DNA from: Oscillospiraceae bacterium
GTDB lineage: Bacteria; Bacillota; Clostridia; Oscillospirales; Oscillospiraceae
Length of the DNA stretch: 64,000 nucleotides
NCBI GenBank assembly: GCA_017632035.1
Contig: JAGBSG010000053.1
Coordinates: 7,386-71,385, forward strand
Direction: 5' to 3'
The notes below the pieces were generated by a model. The model had not been told where the DNA came from, made no database searches, and saw only the letters and a program-made list of their open reading frames with translations. Of this stretch, positions 55,106-64,000 are shown piece by piece. Position 1 is the first letter of the stretch. Every line of letters begins with the position of its first letter. Made by a program: the position numbers and the translations under genes.

Positions 55106-56042
55106 GCTGATTTTTACTGAGAATGCCTGCTACAAGGCGGGTCGCAAGATTACGGTTAAGGGTATTATGGTTCACTCCACCGGTGCCAATAATCCCTGGC
55201 TGAAGCGGTATGTGGGACCTGATGATGGCCTGCTGGGCAAGAACCAGTATAATAATCATTGGAACACCCACCACCCCGGCGGCCGAGAGGTTTGCGTTCA
55301 CGGCTTCATTGGCAAGCTGGCAGACGGCACCATTGCAACCTATCAAACTCTGCCCTGGGATCACAGAGGCTGGCACGCTGGCGGTAGTGCCAACAACACC
55401 CACATCGGCTTTGAGATCTGCGAGGATGGCCTTGCAGACGCCACCTACTTTTCCAAGGTCTACAAGGAAGCTGTGGAGCTGTGCGTGTATCTGTGCAAAC
55501 TCTATGGTCTGACGGAGCAGAACATCATCTGCCACAGTGAAGGTTATCGGAAGGGTGTTGCTTCCAACCACGGTGATGTTATGCACTGGTTTCCGAAGCA
55601 CGGCAAGAGTATGGATACCTTCCGTGCTGATGTGAAACTGCTGCTGAACGCACCTGTAGAGAAGGAAGAACCCAAGACCGAGCAGAAGGAAGAGACTACC
55701 GAATATCCTGCCAAACTTACCGCAGGCTACTACCGTGTGCGGAAAGAATGGAAGGACAGCAAGTCCCAAATCGGCGCATACCGTGTTCTCGCCAATGCCA
55801 AGGCGGCAGCAGACAAGAATCCCGGCACTTTCGTTTTCTCCAATGATGGTGTAGCCATCTATCCCACCCAGGAGAAGAAGGAAGAAATCTTCCGCATCCA
55901 TACGGTGGTTAAGGGCGACACTCTTTGGGATATTGCCGCCAAGTACCTGGGCAATGGCGCTCGTTATCCGGAGATCAAGACCCTCAACGAACTCAAGTCC
56001 AATACGATCTACAGCGGTTGGAAGCTGAAGATCCCCAACTAA
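55092..56042 (+). CDS. Endolysin: N-acetylmuramoyl-L-alanine amidase (Amidase_2) + LysM
   Basis: IMVHSTG, GWHAG, IGFEICE, ICH, HGDV; C-terminal HTVVKGDTLWDIA LysM. Confidence 0.93.
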   Translation: MNLHKLIFTENACYKAGRKITVKGIMVHSTGANNPWLKRYVGPDDGLLGKNQYNNHWNTHHPGGREVCVHGFIGKLADGTIATYQTLPWDHRGWHAGGSANNTHIGFEICEDGLADATYFSKVYKEAVELCVYLCKLYGLTEQNIICHSEGYRKGVASNHGDVMHWFPKHGKSMDTFRADVKLLLNAPVEKEEPKTEQKEETTEYPAKLTAGYYRVRKEWKDSKSQIGAYRVLANAKAAADKNPGTFVFSNDGVAIYPTQEKKEEIFRIHTVVKGDTLWDIAAKYLGNGARYPEIKTLNELKSNTIYSGWKLKIPN

Positions 56043-56048
56043 CACATA

Positions 56049-56094
56049 TCCCCCTCGGAGCAACTTTTCACAGTTGTTCTGAGGGGAATTTTTT
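56049..56094 (+). terminator. Terminator after the endolysin
   Basis: TCCCCCTCGGAGCAAC...GTTGTTCTGAGGGGA followed by a T run. Confidence 0.75.
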
Positions 56095-56176
56095 GTTTTA
56101 CTGTCCGTTATATTGTACCAATAAGGTTTTATAATAAGGCCATAAAACAAAAGGAAACCAAATGGAGGTAATCATT

Positions 56177-56995
56177 ATGGCATTCAAGATTAGCGGTTTC
56201 GGTAGTTATGAGGCAGAGAAGAAGGTTGCTGTTCCGGTGCAAGAAGTTCAGCAGCGTAGCATTGTTCCCAAGAAATCTGTTGTGCAGGTTCGATTCCCCG
56301 GAAAGGGCGTAGCACTGGCATACTACAATGACCAGTTCGATCTGCAACTGGGGGATCTGGTATACGTGGATGGCAAGCTGGAAGGTCAGCTCGGCCGTGT
56401 GGTGGAAATCTCCTACAGCTTCAAGATCAAGGTCTCAGAGTATAAGAAGGTCATTGCTGTTTGCGACACCAATGTCAGCGGTCAGTTCTTTATGGCTGGC
56501 TCCCATTTCGTTACCTTCGATCCCAGCTCACTTCCTGCCAAGCAGATTACTATGTGGTTCAAGGCACCGGCACAAGAAGATGAAGAATGGGTCAGTGGTA
56601 CGGATGATACCACCTTCCGGCTGGACGATCTCAAGGGTATGAAGATCTCCGATAGTATTGCCGAGCGTGGACACAACTATTACTTTGAGAACCGCGTCCG
56701 GTACATTTGCCTGGATGGCACCCACGGCTATGCCATTGTGGAAGGCAGTGAAAGCTACACCGTGGAGTTCGACTACTGCGAGGGTGAAATCAGCAACCTG
56801 GTCTGCGATTGCTTCTGTAGCTTCACCTGCAAGCACGAGTTTGCTGCAATGCTCCAGCTTCGTGAAACCCTGACTTTGATCGAGGATCACTACGCCGAAG
56901 AGTACGCACGGACTGGTTATTTCGCAGCCATCAACAAGGGTACGCTATTTGCCTTTGCAATTGACGGCAAGGAAACCGGAAGCTTTTCCTTGTAA
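56177..56995 (+). CDS. SWIM Zn-finger domain protein
   Basis: ERG.NYY.ENRV...V.GS..Y.V...CDC.C...CKH..A; GGAGG RBS. Confidence 0.8.
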   Translation: MAFKISGFGSYEAEKKVAVPVQEVQQRSIVPKKSVVQVRFPGKGVALAYYNDQFDLQLGDLVYVDGKLEGQLGRVVEISYSFKIKVSEYKKVIAVCDTNVSGQFFMAGSHFVTFDPSSLPAKQITMWFKAPAQEDEEWVSGTDDTTFRLDDLKGMKISDSIAERGHNYYFENRVRYICLDGTHGYAIVEGSESYTVEFDYCEGEISNLVCDCFCSFTCKHEFAAMLQLRETLTLIEDHYAEEYARTGYFAAINKGTLFAFAIDGKETGSFSL

Positions 56996-57096
56996 ATCGA
57001 TGCTGAAGATGGTTGCAGTTTCAAAACTAATTTGTCTTGTATTTTAGAAAGAAATATGTCACCATTTATGCGCTTGCGTACATAGTATAGATGAAG

Positions 57097-57251
57097 ACAG
57101 GTAAAAGGCACGATCCTTTTCCTGTACACACACTTAAATATGCGTTTAGCCACCCGGTGGGAACGGCTTGAAACGCATGGAGGCTCTGTATTGGAGCTGT
57201 CCACCTTGAAGATCCCCAGAGCAACTAGCTGGTTGCCCTGGGGATTTTTTT
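57097..57251 (+). ncRNA. Candidate small RNA with three hairpins and an intrinsic terminator
   Basis: Hairpins 57097-125, 57140-178 and 57178-203; terminator 57212-251. Confidence 0.45.
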
Positions 57252-57252
57252 G

Positions 57253-57852
57253 CTATACCGGAGTGTATCCGCAATAATTTTTTATATCGCTTTCATATCG
57301 CATAGTCTGCACAGGGTCCATTTGATACCCGGGCTGAATGTAATACAGCAGCTTGTTTGCAAGCATATACCCTGCGAAATGAGCCAGTTTAGGACCGGTG
57401 CACTCAAAATGGGTAAAGTATTCACTGATGTGGGATTCGTACTCACGCAGATGCTCCGGCAGTGCATGGAAGAAAGCATCGGTTATGCGGTATGTACCTT
57501 CATTAGCCGGAAGCTCTCCGATGATGTGTTCCTTAACAATATCGAAAGACTCCATACGGGTAAAATCAACACCATAAGGTTCTTGGAAATTTGCGAGGTT
57601 GATCTGGAAACCGTGATAGCCCCCATAAACGATCCGGGTAATTAGATCCTTTTCGTTGGCAGCAAGGTACTCGTCAATGCTGGGAGAGATGTCTGCTGGT
57701 GCCTCTTGCCGTAAATGCGCTACTGCTGCAAGATAGCGAATCTCATCACTACGGAAATCTTCATCATTTTTTCGGAACAGTTCTGCCATAGCATCCAAGA
57801 TTCCTTTACCAGCAAATTGTTCCATAAGCTGTTCGATAGTTTTCATTTTCAT
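57253..57852 (-). CDS. Hypothetical protein
   Basis: 199-aa ORF with an AAAGGA RBS; no recognised motif. Confidence 0.7.
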   Translation of the reverse strand: MKMKTIEQLMEQFAGKGILDAMAELFRKNDEDFRSDEIRYLAAVAHLRQEAPADISPSIDEYLAANEKDLITRIVYGGYHGFQINLANFQEPYGVDFTRMESFDIVKEHIIGELPANEGTYRITDAFFHALPEHLREYESHISEYFTHFECTGPKLAHFAGYMLANKLLYYIQPGYQMDPVQTMRYESDIKNYCGYTPV

Positions 57853-58013
57853 TGATTCCTTTACTGTATTATTTTCACTGTGGCCACAGCTACAGAACTA
57901 GCCCCAAAAGGCTTTGTAGTAGTTCTGTTGGAATTAGTATAATACATACAGCGTGTCGAAGTCCGTCGAAGGAAGGCGAACAAAAAGAGAGCTGCCGAAA
58001 CAGCTCTCCAGGA

Positions 58014-58328
58014 TTATTCAGTTAACGCACGGATGGCGTTTAGGATCTTTTCTTGTTCCTTGCGTGGCAATTTTGAAATCGCTATAGATAACTCAGAAGC
58101 AATGCCATCGCTGGAATAGATCGCCACATCCTGCAACAGCATATCTGTTGAGACGCGGAGGGTATTTGCAATTTTCACCAGCGTTTCCAGCTTGGGTGTT
58201 TTTACGCCACGCTCCAGCACACTGATGTGAGTTGGACTCATTTCCAGTTCTGCTGCGAGATCTTCTTGGGTATAACCGGCACGCTCTCTTGCAGCCTTGA
58301 TCCTAGCTCCAATTGCACACAAATCCAC
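58014..58328 (-). CDS. Xre-family HTH regulator
   Basis: IGARIKAARERAGYTQEDLA...HISVLERGVKTPKLETL. Confidence 0.9.
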   Translation of the reverse strand: MDLCAIGARIKAARERAGYTQEDLAAELEMSPTHISVLERGVKTPKLETLVKIANTLRVSTDMLLQDVAIYSSDGIASELSIAISKLPRKEQEKILNAIRALTE

Positions 58329-58506
58329 GGGAATCCCTCCTTCTAGAACTAGCGAGTAGTTCCGATAATATTATATCTGGGAGAGCGGAGGGGGTACAGG
58401 AGCCGTGAAGCCAAGTTCCTAGTTCTGTTAGAACTATATTTCGTTCCGGTGTCGCGTAAAATGATAAACGGCTCCCAATACTCAGAAAGTAATGAGAGCC
58501 GTATTG

Positions 58507-58821
58507 TTATAATTCCTCACAAACAGTGCAGATGATCTTATAAATCTTTTCCTGCTTTTCAGTTGATAACGGTGCGACCTTTGCTTCGATGGCCTTGAGG
58601 TAATCACTATGCTCGTAGTCCTCGGCAAGTAAATCATTAGGAGTAACCCCAAGAACCTCTGCGATGGTTACAAGTGTTGCAAGTCTGGGCTGTTTTACGC
58701 CGCGTTCCAGCACGCTGATGTGCTTTACACTGATACCGGCTTGAACAGCTAGTTCTTCTTGTGTAAGTCCGTGTGCCTCGCGGAACTGCTGTATTCTTCT
58801 GCCCAATGCTTCAATATTCAT
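58507..58821 (-). CDS. Xre-family HTH regulator (paralog of 58014-58328)
   Basis: LGRRIQQFREAHGLTQEELA...HISVLERGVKQPRLATL. Confidence 0.9.
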   Translation of the reverse strand: MNIEALGRRIQQFREAHGLTQEELAVQAGISVKHISVLERGVKQPRLATLVTIAEVLGVTPNDLLAEDYEHSDYLKAIEAKVAPLSTEKQEKIYKIICTVCEEL

Positions 58822-58953
58822 ATGCAGCCCCTCCTTTAGAATGAGTATGCTCATTCCTTTTCTTTATTATAGGGGCAATGGCAGTTTTGCAGAACCTCCT
58901 TATGCGTTATTTTAGGTGTTCTAAAGAATGACTATTGTAAGGAAATAGGATGA

Positions 58954-59952
58954 TTAGTTGCTACTTTTGAGAGAAAGATTGTCCATAAGGGTTTGGTTTG
59001 GGAGCGCCCCATCATAACTCGGTGCTTCTTCATCGTCAAACTCGTCATAGTCTCCGTCCTCATCATCTACTGCAACCGGAGCAGCAGATCCACCGAGGAA
59101 GCCACCCTCCATTGCAATCTGCATTGTTTCATCAACATCCATTGCACCAGCCTGGGCATCAATGGCACTATGCAGAGATTTCCAGCGGAGCGGATACTTG
59201 AGCCGCTTATTGTACTGCAGGAGCATTGCCTCTGCATAGCCTTGAGTGCCTGCGTGGCGATCTTTGGCTGTGCGGATAATTTCTCTGACGGAGACCTTGC
59301 TCAACCGATCCACGAACTGCGCATCGTTTAAGTTGTCACCATAGGCAACGATCAGCTTCGCCACACCTTTTAGCATATTGCAACTGAGGGAGTCCGTTTC
59401 GCCCTCCCAGGTGGAAACCAGTAGGAACAGAGAACGATCCAACACCTGGTAGCCATACTTATCGAAGATATACTCCAAGGCACTAACCGCATTTACACAG
59501 CCGGGAACTTTCCGGGCAGAGATCGTTAAGTTATAGCTTTCCACAATGCTCTTGATGGTCAGCTGGATATCATTCTCTGCCTCTACATGGGCATTAAAGA
59601 TCTCGATGGACTTGAGGGGGCGGGTGTGCTTCTTTTGGTTAGCGAAGATATCCGCTTCCTGCTCATACTCCAAATCGTCATAAATCATACACCAAACTGG
59701 TGTCTCTCGTGAGCCAGATGCGGCAGCAACGGTCTCGATGGTGTGCTGACCATCAAAGACATAATTGGTGCCCTCACGGCGGCTGACCTTTACCGGGTTG
59801 ATCTGATAGATATTGAAATTCTGTGCGGTTCTGCCCACGTGGGCAATGGAGATGGGGCGCTGGTATGTTTGGTTAGATACCAGCATTTTTATTGGGATCA
59901 GTTCAAAATGAACATCCGGAACAAACTCGTTGTATTCGTATTGGTCAGCCAT
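58954..59952 (-). CDS. ParB/Srx-fold protein (DUF6551-like)
   Basis: YQRPIS...PVKVSRR...VFDGQHT; acidic tail. Confidence 0.75.
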   Translation of the reverse strand: MADQYEYNEFVPDVHFELIPIKMLVSNQTYQRPISIAHVGRTAQNFNIYQINPVKVSRREGTNYVFDGQHTIETVAAASGSRETPVWCMIYDDLEYEQEADIFANQKKHTRPLKSIEIFNAHVEAENDIQLTIKSIVESYNLTISARKVPGCVNAVSALEYIFDKYGYQVLDRSLFLLVSTWEGETDSLSCNMLKGVAKLIVAYGDNLNDAQFVDRLSKVSVREIIRTAKDRHAGTQGYAEAMLLQYNKRLKYPLRWKSLHSAIDAQAGAMDVDETMQIAMEGGFLGGSAAPVAVDDEDGDYDEFDDEEAPSYDGALPNQTLMDNLSLKSSN

Positions 59953-60922
59953 GATCCGCTACCTCCTCAATGGCTAATAAGATCAAATCGATACTATCGC
60001 GCAAGGTCATAAGACCCACACGCAGTTGTGTTTTTGCTTTGTCAGAAATCTCTTCCATATTGGTTTTGTTGAAAACACGCTCAATGGAGGAGTTCCAGGA
60101 AGGGATCGTAAGAGAGAGACTTGCTACCTCACCGTCCGGATCGGGTGCCGGCATATCTTTTACGGTGGGCATAGTCGCAAAGGTCTGCGCAGCTTGGCGT
60201 CGTTCTCTTGCGCTGGTGTTTTCCAACTGCAAGTCCCGGGCGGAGAGTGCCTCTAATACATCTTGGGTGCGGCATACAGACTTTCGTTGCCGCATTAGTC
60301 CGTTGGTAAGCGCCCGGACTTGCCATTTGGTCATTCCGGCTATGGTCATAAGATCGTCCTTCTTAATACGAAGCTGACCGGAAAGATACTTGTCCGCAAG
60401 ACGGCGGTCCTTCTCAGCGATGGCATCTATAGCTTCAGCGATGTCCTTATAGGTATGTACCGCAAAATGCGAAATGTTATATGCCCGTGCGATGGCGGCA
60501 GCTGTACCCATCCGCACATCTTGGGGAGGTCGCATCATTTCTCCTGATGCGACCTCTGAGTATTGATTTTTGCCCCTCGGGTTATGAGCGGTCAGCAATT
60601 TCTCGATATTGTAACGCTTGCCAATTTGATATCGCAGTAGTTCCGGTGCTACATTTCTGCGCCCAATTTGATTCATTAAGATCCATTGAATTGCTTCTTC
60701 CCGGCAACTGAAGTCTTTCTTCTCCACCTTAAACGGAATACGATTCCGCTTACAAATGTCGTATCGGTGGTGGCCATCCACGATAATGCCGTTCCAAACA
60801 ACGATGGGATCTCGGCAGCCATCTTTGATGATATTGGCTTCCAGCTGGTTTAGTTCTGTGGAGGATAGTTCTGGTAGTAAACGCTTGAACTCTTGGTCAA
60901 TTTGAAAGGTTACCTCTGCCAT
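59945..60922 (-). CDS. ParB-N-like protein
   Basis: IDQEFKRLLP.L...LEANI..DGCRDPIVVW...VDGHHRY...NQIGRRN. Confidence 0.75.
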   Translation of the reverse strand: MAEVTFQIDQEFKRLLPELSSTELNQLEANIIKDGCRDPIVVWNGIIVDGHHRYDICKRNRIPFKVEKKDFSCREEAIQWILMNQIGRRNVAPELLRYQIGKRYNIEKLLTAHNPRGKNQYSEVASGEMMRPPQDVRMGTAAAIARAYNISHFAVHTYKDIAEAIDAIAEKDRRLADKYLSGQLRIKKDDLMTIAGMTKWQVRALTNGLMRQRKSVCRTQDVLEALSARDLQLENTSARERRQAAQTFATMPTVKDMPAPDPDGEVASLSLTIPSWNSSIERVFNKTNMEEISDKAKTQLRVGLMTLRDSIDLILLAIEEVADHG

Positions 60923-60923
60923 A

Positions 60924-61292
60924 TTACGCCTCTCTTTCGGTCGGCTGTTGCTCCATGCGAAAGAAGAGAGCAGCTTGACCCTCAATAGGATAGCCGGTCA
61001 GCTTTACCAGACTAACCCCGGAAAACCCTGCACATTGTACCAATTCTCCCATTAAGCTGGTGCTGGTCAATTCATATGAGGATTTGTGGTTAGGAACTTT
61101 GGATAGCTGATAGGAGCCCTTGGCGGTTTCCGGACAGCCTTCGATTACCATTCCTTTTGAATTGGGATTGACGAGAATGCGGAAATACTCCGGCATATCT
61201 AGCTGCTGGAAGATCTTACGAGAAATACGGATACGGCGCTTCTTAATATCAACGGATACGCCTGTGGTCGGCTCGGAAAGTATAAGTTGCAT
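60924..61292 (-). CDS. Recombinase-associated hypothetical protein
   Basis: VDIKKRRIRI...L..PEY..ILVNP; in the operon with the recombinase. Confidence 0.7.
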   Translation of the reverse strand: MQLILSEPTTGVSVDIKKRRIRISRKIFQQLDMPEYFRILVNPNSKGMVIEGCPETAKGSYQLSKVPNHKSSYELTSTSLMGELVQCAGFSGVSLVKLTGYPIEGQAALFFRMEQQPTEREA

Positions 61293-62014
61293 TATGCGTC
61301 CTCCTTATCTAGTTCGGGTTTCTTTGGTGTTTGTGGCTTCTTGCCTTGTACGGAAATAACCACATAGTCGTCAAAGCGATTGATGGAGTACATTCGCTCG
61401 TGTTCCTCAACAGGCAAGCCGAACTGGTGTCGCCAGGACTCCATATACACCGGCTCCCGTGTGGGCTTGCTACGGACTACATTGCCCTCCTCGTCAATCG
61501 TTGCTTTCCGGGGATAAATAAGGGCAGCGTCCAAGTCGAAAATAAACAGCCGATCTCCCTTATTGCGTACCATTTTGCCAATCATCTTATAGCGGTTATG
61601 CAAGTTCCACCCAGTTAGATCCGCAATAAGGGCACAGAACGCAGGCTTACAAGTGACCTGCCGAGCGTTACCCTTAGCGGTAAGCCAAGGAACGGAATCC
61701 TTGGTCTCCTCGGAGCAGGGTTTCAGAATGATCTTCTTCTGCTCTGGCGACACCATCACCAGCACTCTGGAGGTGTCCGGTGCTTTCCGTAGACATACCT
61801 TGTTGACGTAGAGCTTGTTTTCACAGAGGCACAAAGCTGGCTCTTTTGCGTGGGCAAAGAACTCCTCACGGGTGATTTGGTAACCGGCATAGGAGAAGTT
61901 TTCTACCGGGGTGAATTCGTCCTCCTTTCCGGTGATGGGATCGATGGGGAAATTCACCCCGTCTGTCGTATCACCCAGTTCTCCAATCATCATTTGGTCA
62001 TCCATTGCCAGCAC
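61292..62014 (-). CDS. Recombinase-associated protein resembling the recombinase C-terminal domain
   Basis: FSYAGYQITREEFF...LFIFDL; start may be 62005. Confidence 0.75.
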   Translation of the reverse strand: MLAMDDQMMIGELGDTTDGVNFPIDPITGKEDEFTPVENFSYAGYQITREEFFAHAKEPALCLCENKLYVNKVCLRKAPDTSRVLVMVSPEQKKIILKPCSEETKDSVPWLTAKGNARQVTCKPAFCALIADLTGWNLHNRYKMIGKMVRNKGDRLFIFDLDAALIYPRKATIDEEGNVVRSKPTREPVYMESWRHQFGLPVEEHERMYSINRFDDYVVISVQGKKPQTPKKPELDKEDA

Positions 62015-63839
62015 TTCCTTCTGTCATAGTTTCGATCATTGTTGTAATACCTTGCTTGAGTTCTGCCTCACTTGTTGCAGTGAAGCTATCATTGCGAGGG
62101 GTTGGCTTGCCGGGAGACTGCGCATTCCAGCCGGTCTTTTCTGCAGGAGCAATGGCTGCCGGTGCGTAGTATTCCGTGCCAAAGCTGGACAGCCATTCTT
62201 GGGGCATTGCTTTAACTGGTTGCTTGGGGCCTCCGACAACTGGCGTAGCGGTGGCATCCGCTTCATCAGCCTTGCGTTGCCGGATCACACCCTCGGCATC
62301 GTTAAGGTCGAACAGCAAAAATGAGTCTTGTCCGTTACCCAGACATTCCCCCTGGATGGAGTACGGCCACTCTGTATTCCACTGCATGAGATCAAAAATT
62401 ACCGGCAAATATGCACGCCCCAGAACCTTCCGAGCGTGATATTTTTTGCCGTCAAAATACAGCCACTCGATGGCGTTTCGGTTTCCTTTTGCGGTGGGTC
62501 TTGCAACCAATAGCTTCCGTATGGGATCAAAAAGCAGCTCAATAAGTCTGCAATTATCCAATTTTTGTAGGCAAGAAGCGGTAAATTTCATCACTTCGGG
62601 TGTCAGCGTTATTGTACACGCACGATTGGCCCCAAAGAACTGACCACGGACAATCTCAAAGCCTCTTAAATCCACGGTGCCAATTTCCGGTGTGACCGTG
62701 CTATCGGCAATAACCTCCTCCTTGCGGGTGGGTGTTATATACTCCACCGAGGTCAAATAATCTTCCGCAGAAAAGCCTGCCCAACGGGGGTTGATGATCA
62801 CAAAACCACGCAGGGCTCCTTTGTCCACCACATGGATCTGCGGTAGCATTCCGGTTCTGCCACGATCACTAAATGCAATGAGCTGCTGAACAGCAATAAA
62901 ATCATCCCTGGAAATGATGCTCTCGTGATGATCCCTTTTTATGTACTTGGGCTTCTTAAAATTCTCACCCTCATTCTTAACCGATCTATGGGTGAGGAAG
63001 TTGGGAGTCCAAGTCTTGTGTGCGATCACATCACCGCAATGGCGCTCGTTTTGGAGGATGCCTAGTATGGAACTGGTTGTCCATTGGTAATTGCCACGCT
63101 TGGTGACCCTCTTGAGGTTTGTCAGCGTTTCTGCAATCTGCTGCACGGTGTATCCGTAAAGAAACATGAAGAAGATCAGCCGGACAGTTAATGCTTCGTC
63201 CTCGTTGATTACCAAGTTGCCGTCCTCGTCCTTATCGTAGCCAAGCAGCTCCGGTGTAAGGAAAATGCCGCGACTGAACCGCATCTCGTAGGAAAGATTC
63301 ATTGCACTACTCTTGGTGCGAGATTCTTCCTGGGCAAGGGTAGCGATAAAGGACAATGCCATTTCGCTGCCTTCCTTCAAGGTGTAAATGTTCTCTGTTT
63401 CAAACAGCACACCTACCGGCGGTTTTAGATCTGCCAGCATACGAACTTGACCGATGCAGTCATAAATGTTACGGGCAAAACGGGATACACTCTTTGTGAT
63501 AATGAGGTCGATCTTATGCCGCTTGCAATCTGCGATCATCTCCATAAACGCATCTCTGTGATTGAGGGAGGTGCCGGAGATACCTTCGTCAGCGTAGATT
63601 TTGTAAAGATGCCAGCCTGGGCGGCGTGCGATAAGATCCGTATAGTGATTTCTCTGCAACTCGAAGGAAGAAGTCTGTCGCGGATCGTCTGTGGATACGC
63701 GCACATACACACCGACCTGCTTGTCGCTCTCATCTTCAAAGATATCCTTGTCCTCAATCGCCGGGACTTTCTCAATCTCTTCCAATGCAACGCCTCGGTA
63801 TCGCTGGCGTATTCTTTGCTTTTCATCTTGGTTTGCCAT
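61998..63839 (-). CDS. Large serine recombinase (resolvase + recombinase domains)
   Basis: YVRVST catalytic motif, YADEGISG, TKSVSRFARN, AQEES, LLGY, ILQNERHCG. Confidence 0.95.
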   Translation of the reverse strand: MANQDEKQRIRQRYRGVALEEIEKVPAIEDKDIFEDESDKQVGVYVRVSTDDPRQTSSFELQRNHYTDLIARRPGWHLYKIYADEGISGTSLNHRDAFMEMIADCKRHKIDLIITKSVSRFARNIYDCIGQVRMLADLKPPVGVLFETENIYTLKEGSEMALSFIATLAQEESRTKSSAMNLSYEMRFSRGIFLTPELLGYDKDEDGNLVINEDEALTVRLIFFMFLYGYTVQQIAETLTNLKRVTKRGNYQWTTSSILGILQNERHCGDVIAHKTWTPNFLTHRSVKNEGENFKKPKYIKRDHHESIISRDDFIAVQQLIAFSDRGRTGMLPQIHVVDKGALRGFVIINPRWAGFSAEDYLTSVEYITPTRKEEVIADSTVTPEIGTVDLRGFEIVRGQFFGANRACTITLTPEVMKFTASCLQKLDNCRLIELLFDPIRKLLVARPTAKGNRNAIEWLYFDGKKYHARKVLGRAYLPVIFDLMQWNTEWPYSIQGECLGNGQDSFLLFDLNDAEGVIRQRKADEADATATPVVGGPKQPVKAMPQEWLSSFGTEYYAPAAIAPAEKTGWNAQSPGKPTPRNDSFTATSEAELKQGITTMIETMTEGSAGNG

Positions 63840-63870
63840 AACGGATGCTCCCTTTGCAGATAATAGGAAA

Positions 63871-63899
63871 ATTATACTTCACATCTTCCTATTGCAACA
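63871..63899 (-). promoter_or_regulatory. Putative promoter of the recombinase operon
   Basis: Minus-strand TATAAT at 63876-71 with a TTGCAA/TGTTGC -35 candidate. Confidence 0.5.
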
Positions 63900-64000
63900 G
63901 AGACGGGCTGTACCGGTGCTGGTACTAGGAGTGTCTATTTGCGGCATTTTTTGCTAATTATTGCAGCTTTTTTCGGTGTACTTGTATTTTTCCGTGATGC

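Larger units (their letters stand above)
15094..56042 (+). mobile_element. Siphovirus-type prophage core (replication, packaging, head, tail, lysis)
   Basis: Co-oriented complete set of virion modules. No internal frameshift seen except the programmed tail-chaperone one. Confidence 0.93.
2300..64000. mobile_element. Integrated mobile element/prophage downstream of tRNA-Val (right end probably at or beyond the window edge)
   Basis: Abrupt switch from core genes to defence, phage and serine-recombinase genes. att sites were not identified. Confidence 0.8.

Overview
Chromosomal window from a Bacillota (Clostridia, probably Oscillospiraceae-like) genome. About 2.2 kb of core genes (obgE, rpmA, prp, rplU, tRNA-Val-GAC) are followed by a mobile region of at least 61 kb with three parts. 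(i) Left arm, mostly minus strand: a 7 x 20-bp tandem array, a five-gene restriction/defence cassette (fused m6A+m5C methyltransferase, DUF3883-type nuclease, Eco57I-like MTase, GIY-YIG/SF2 helicase, GIY-YIG nuclease), and an SOS-type cassette (LexA/CI-like repressor, DinB, SLOG protein). (ii) A plus-strand, apparently complete siphovirus prophage of about 41 kb: PolA/P4-primase replication, HNH/terminase, a MetK-MTase-amidoligase modification cluster, HK97 head, tail and lysis genes. (iii) Right arm, minus strand: XRE regulators, two ParB-like proteins, and a large serine recombinase with two accessory genes. Best candidates for novel biology: a PAPS-reductase + unknown-domain protein + three-way-junction RNA cassette inserted between terL and portal; the dual-chemistry MTase defence cassette; a C5-MTase with about ten TL modules and an overlapping out-of-frame ORF; an amidoligase module whose genes share a promoter motif and a C-terminal tag; and a stand-alone structured sRNA after the lysis module. 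All family assignments come from recognising motifs by eye; no database searches or folding programs were run.
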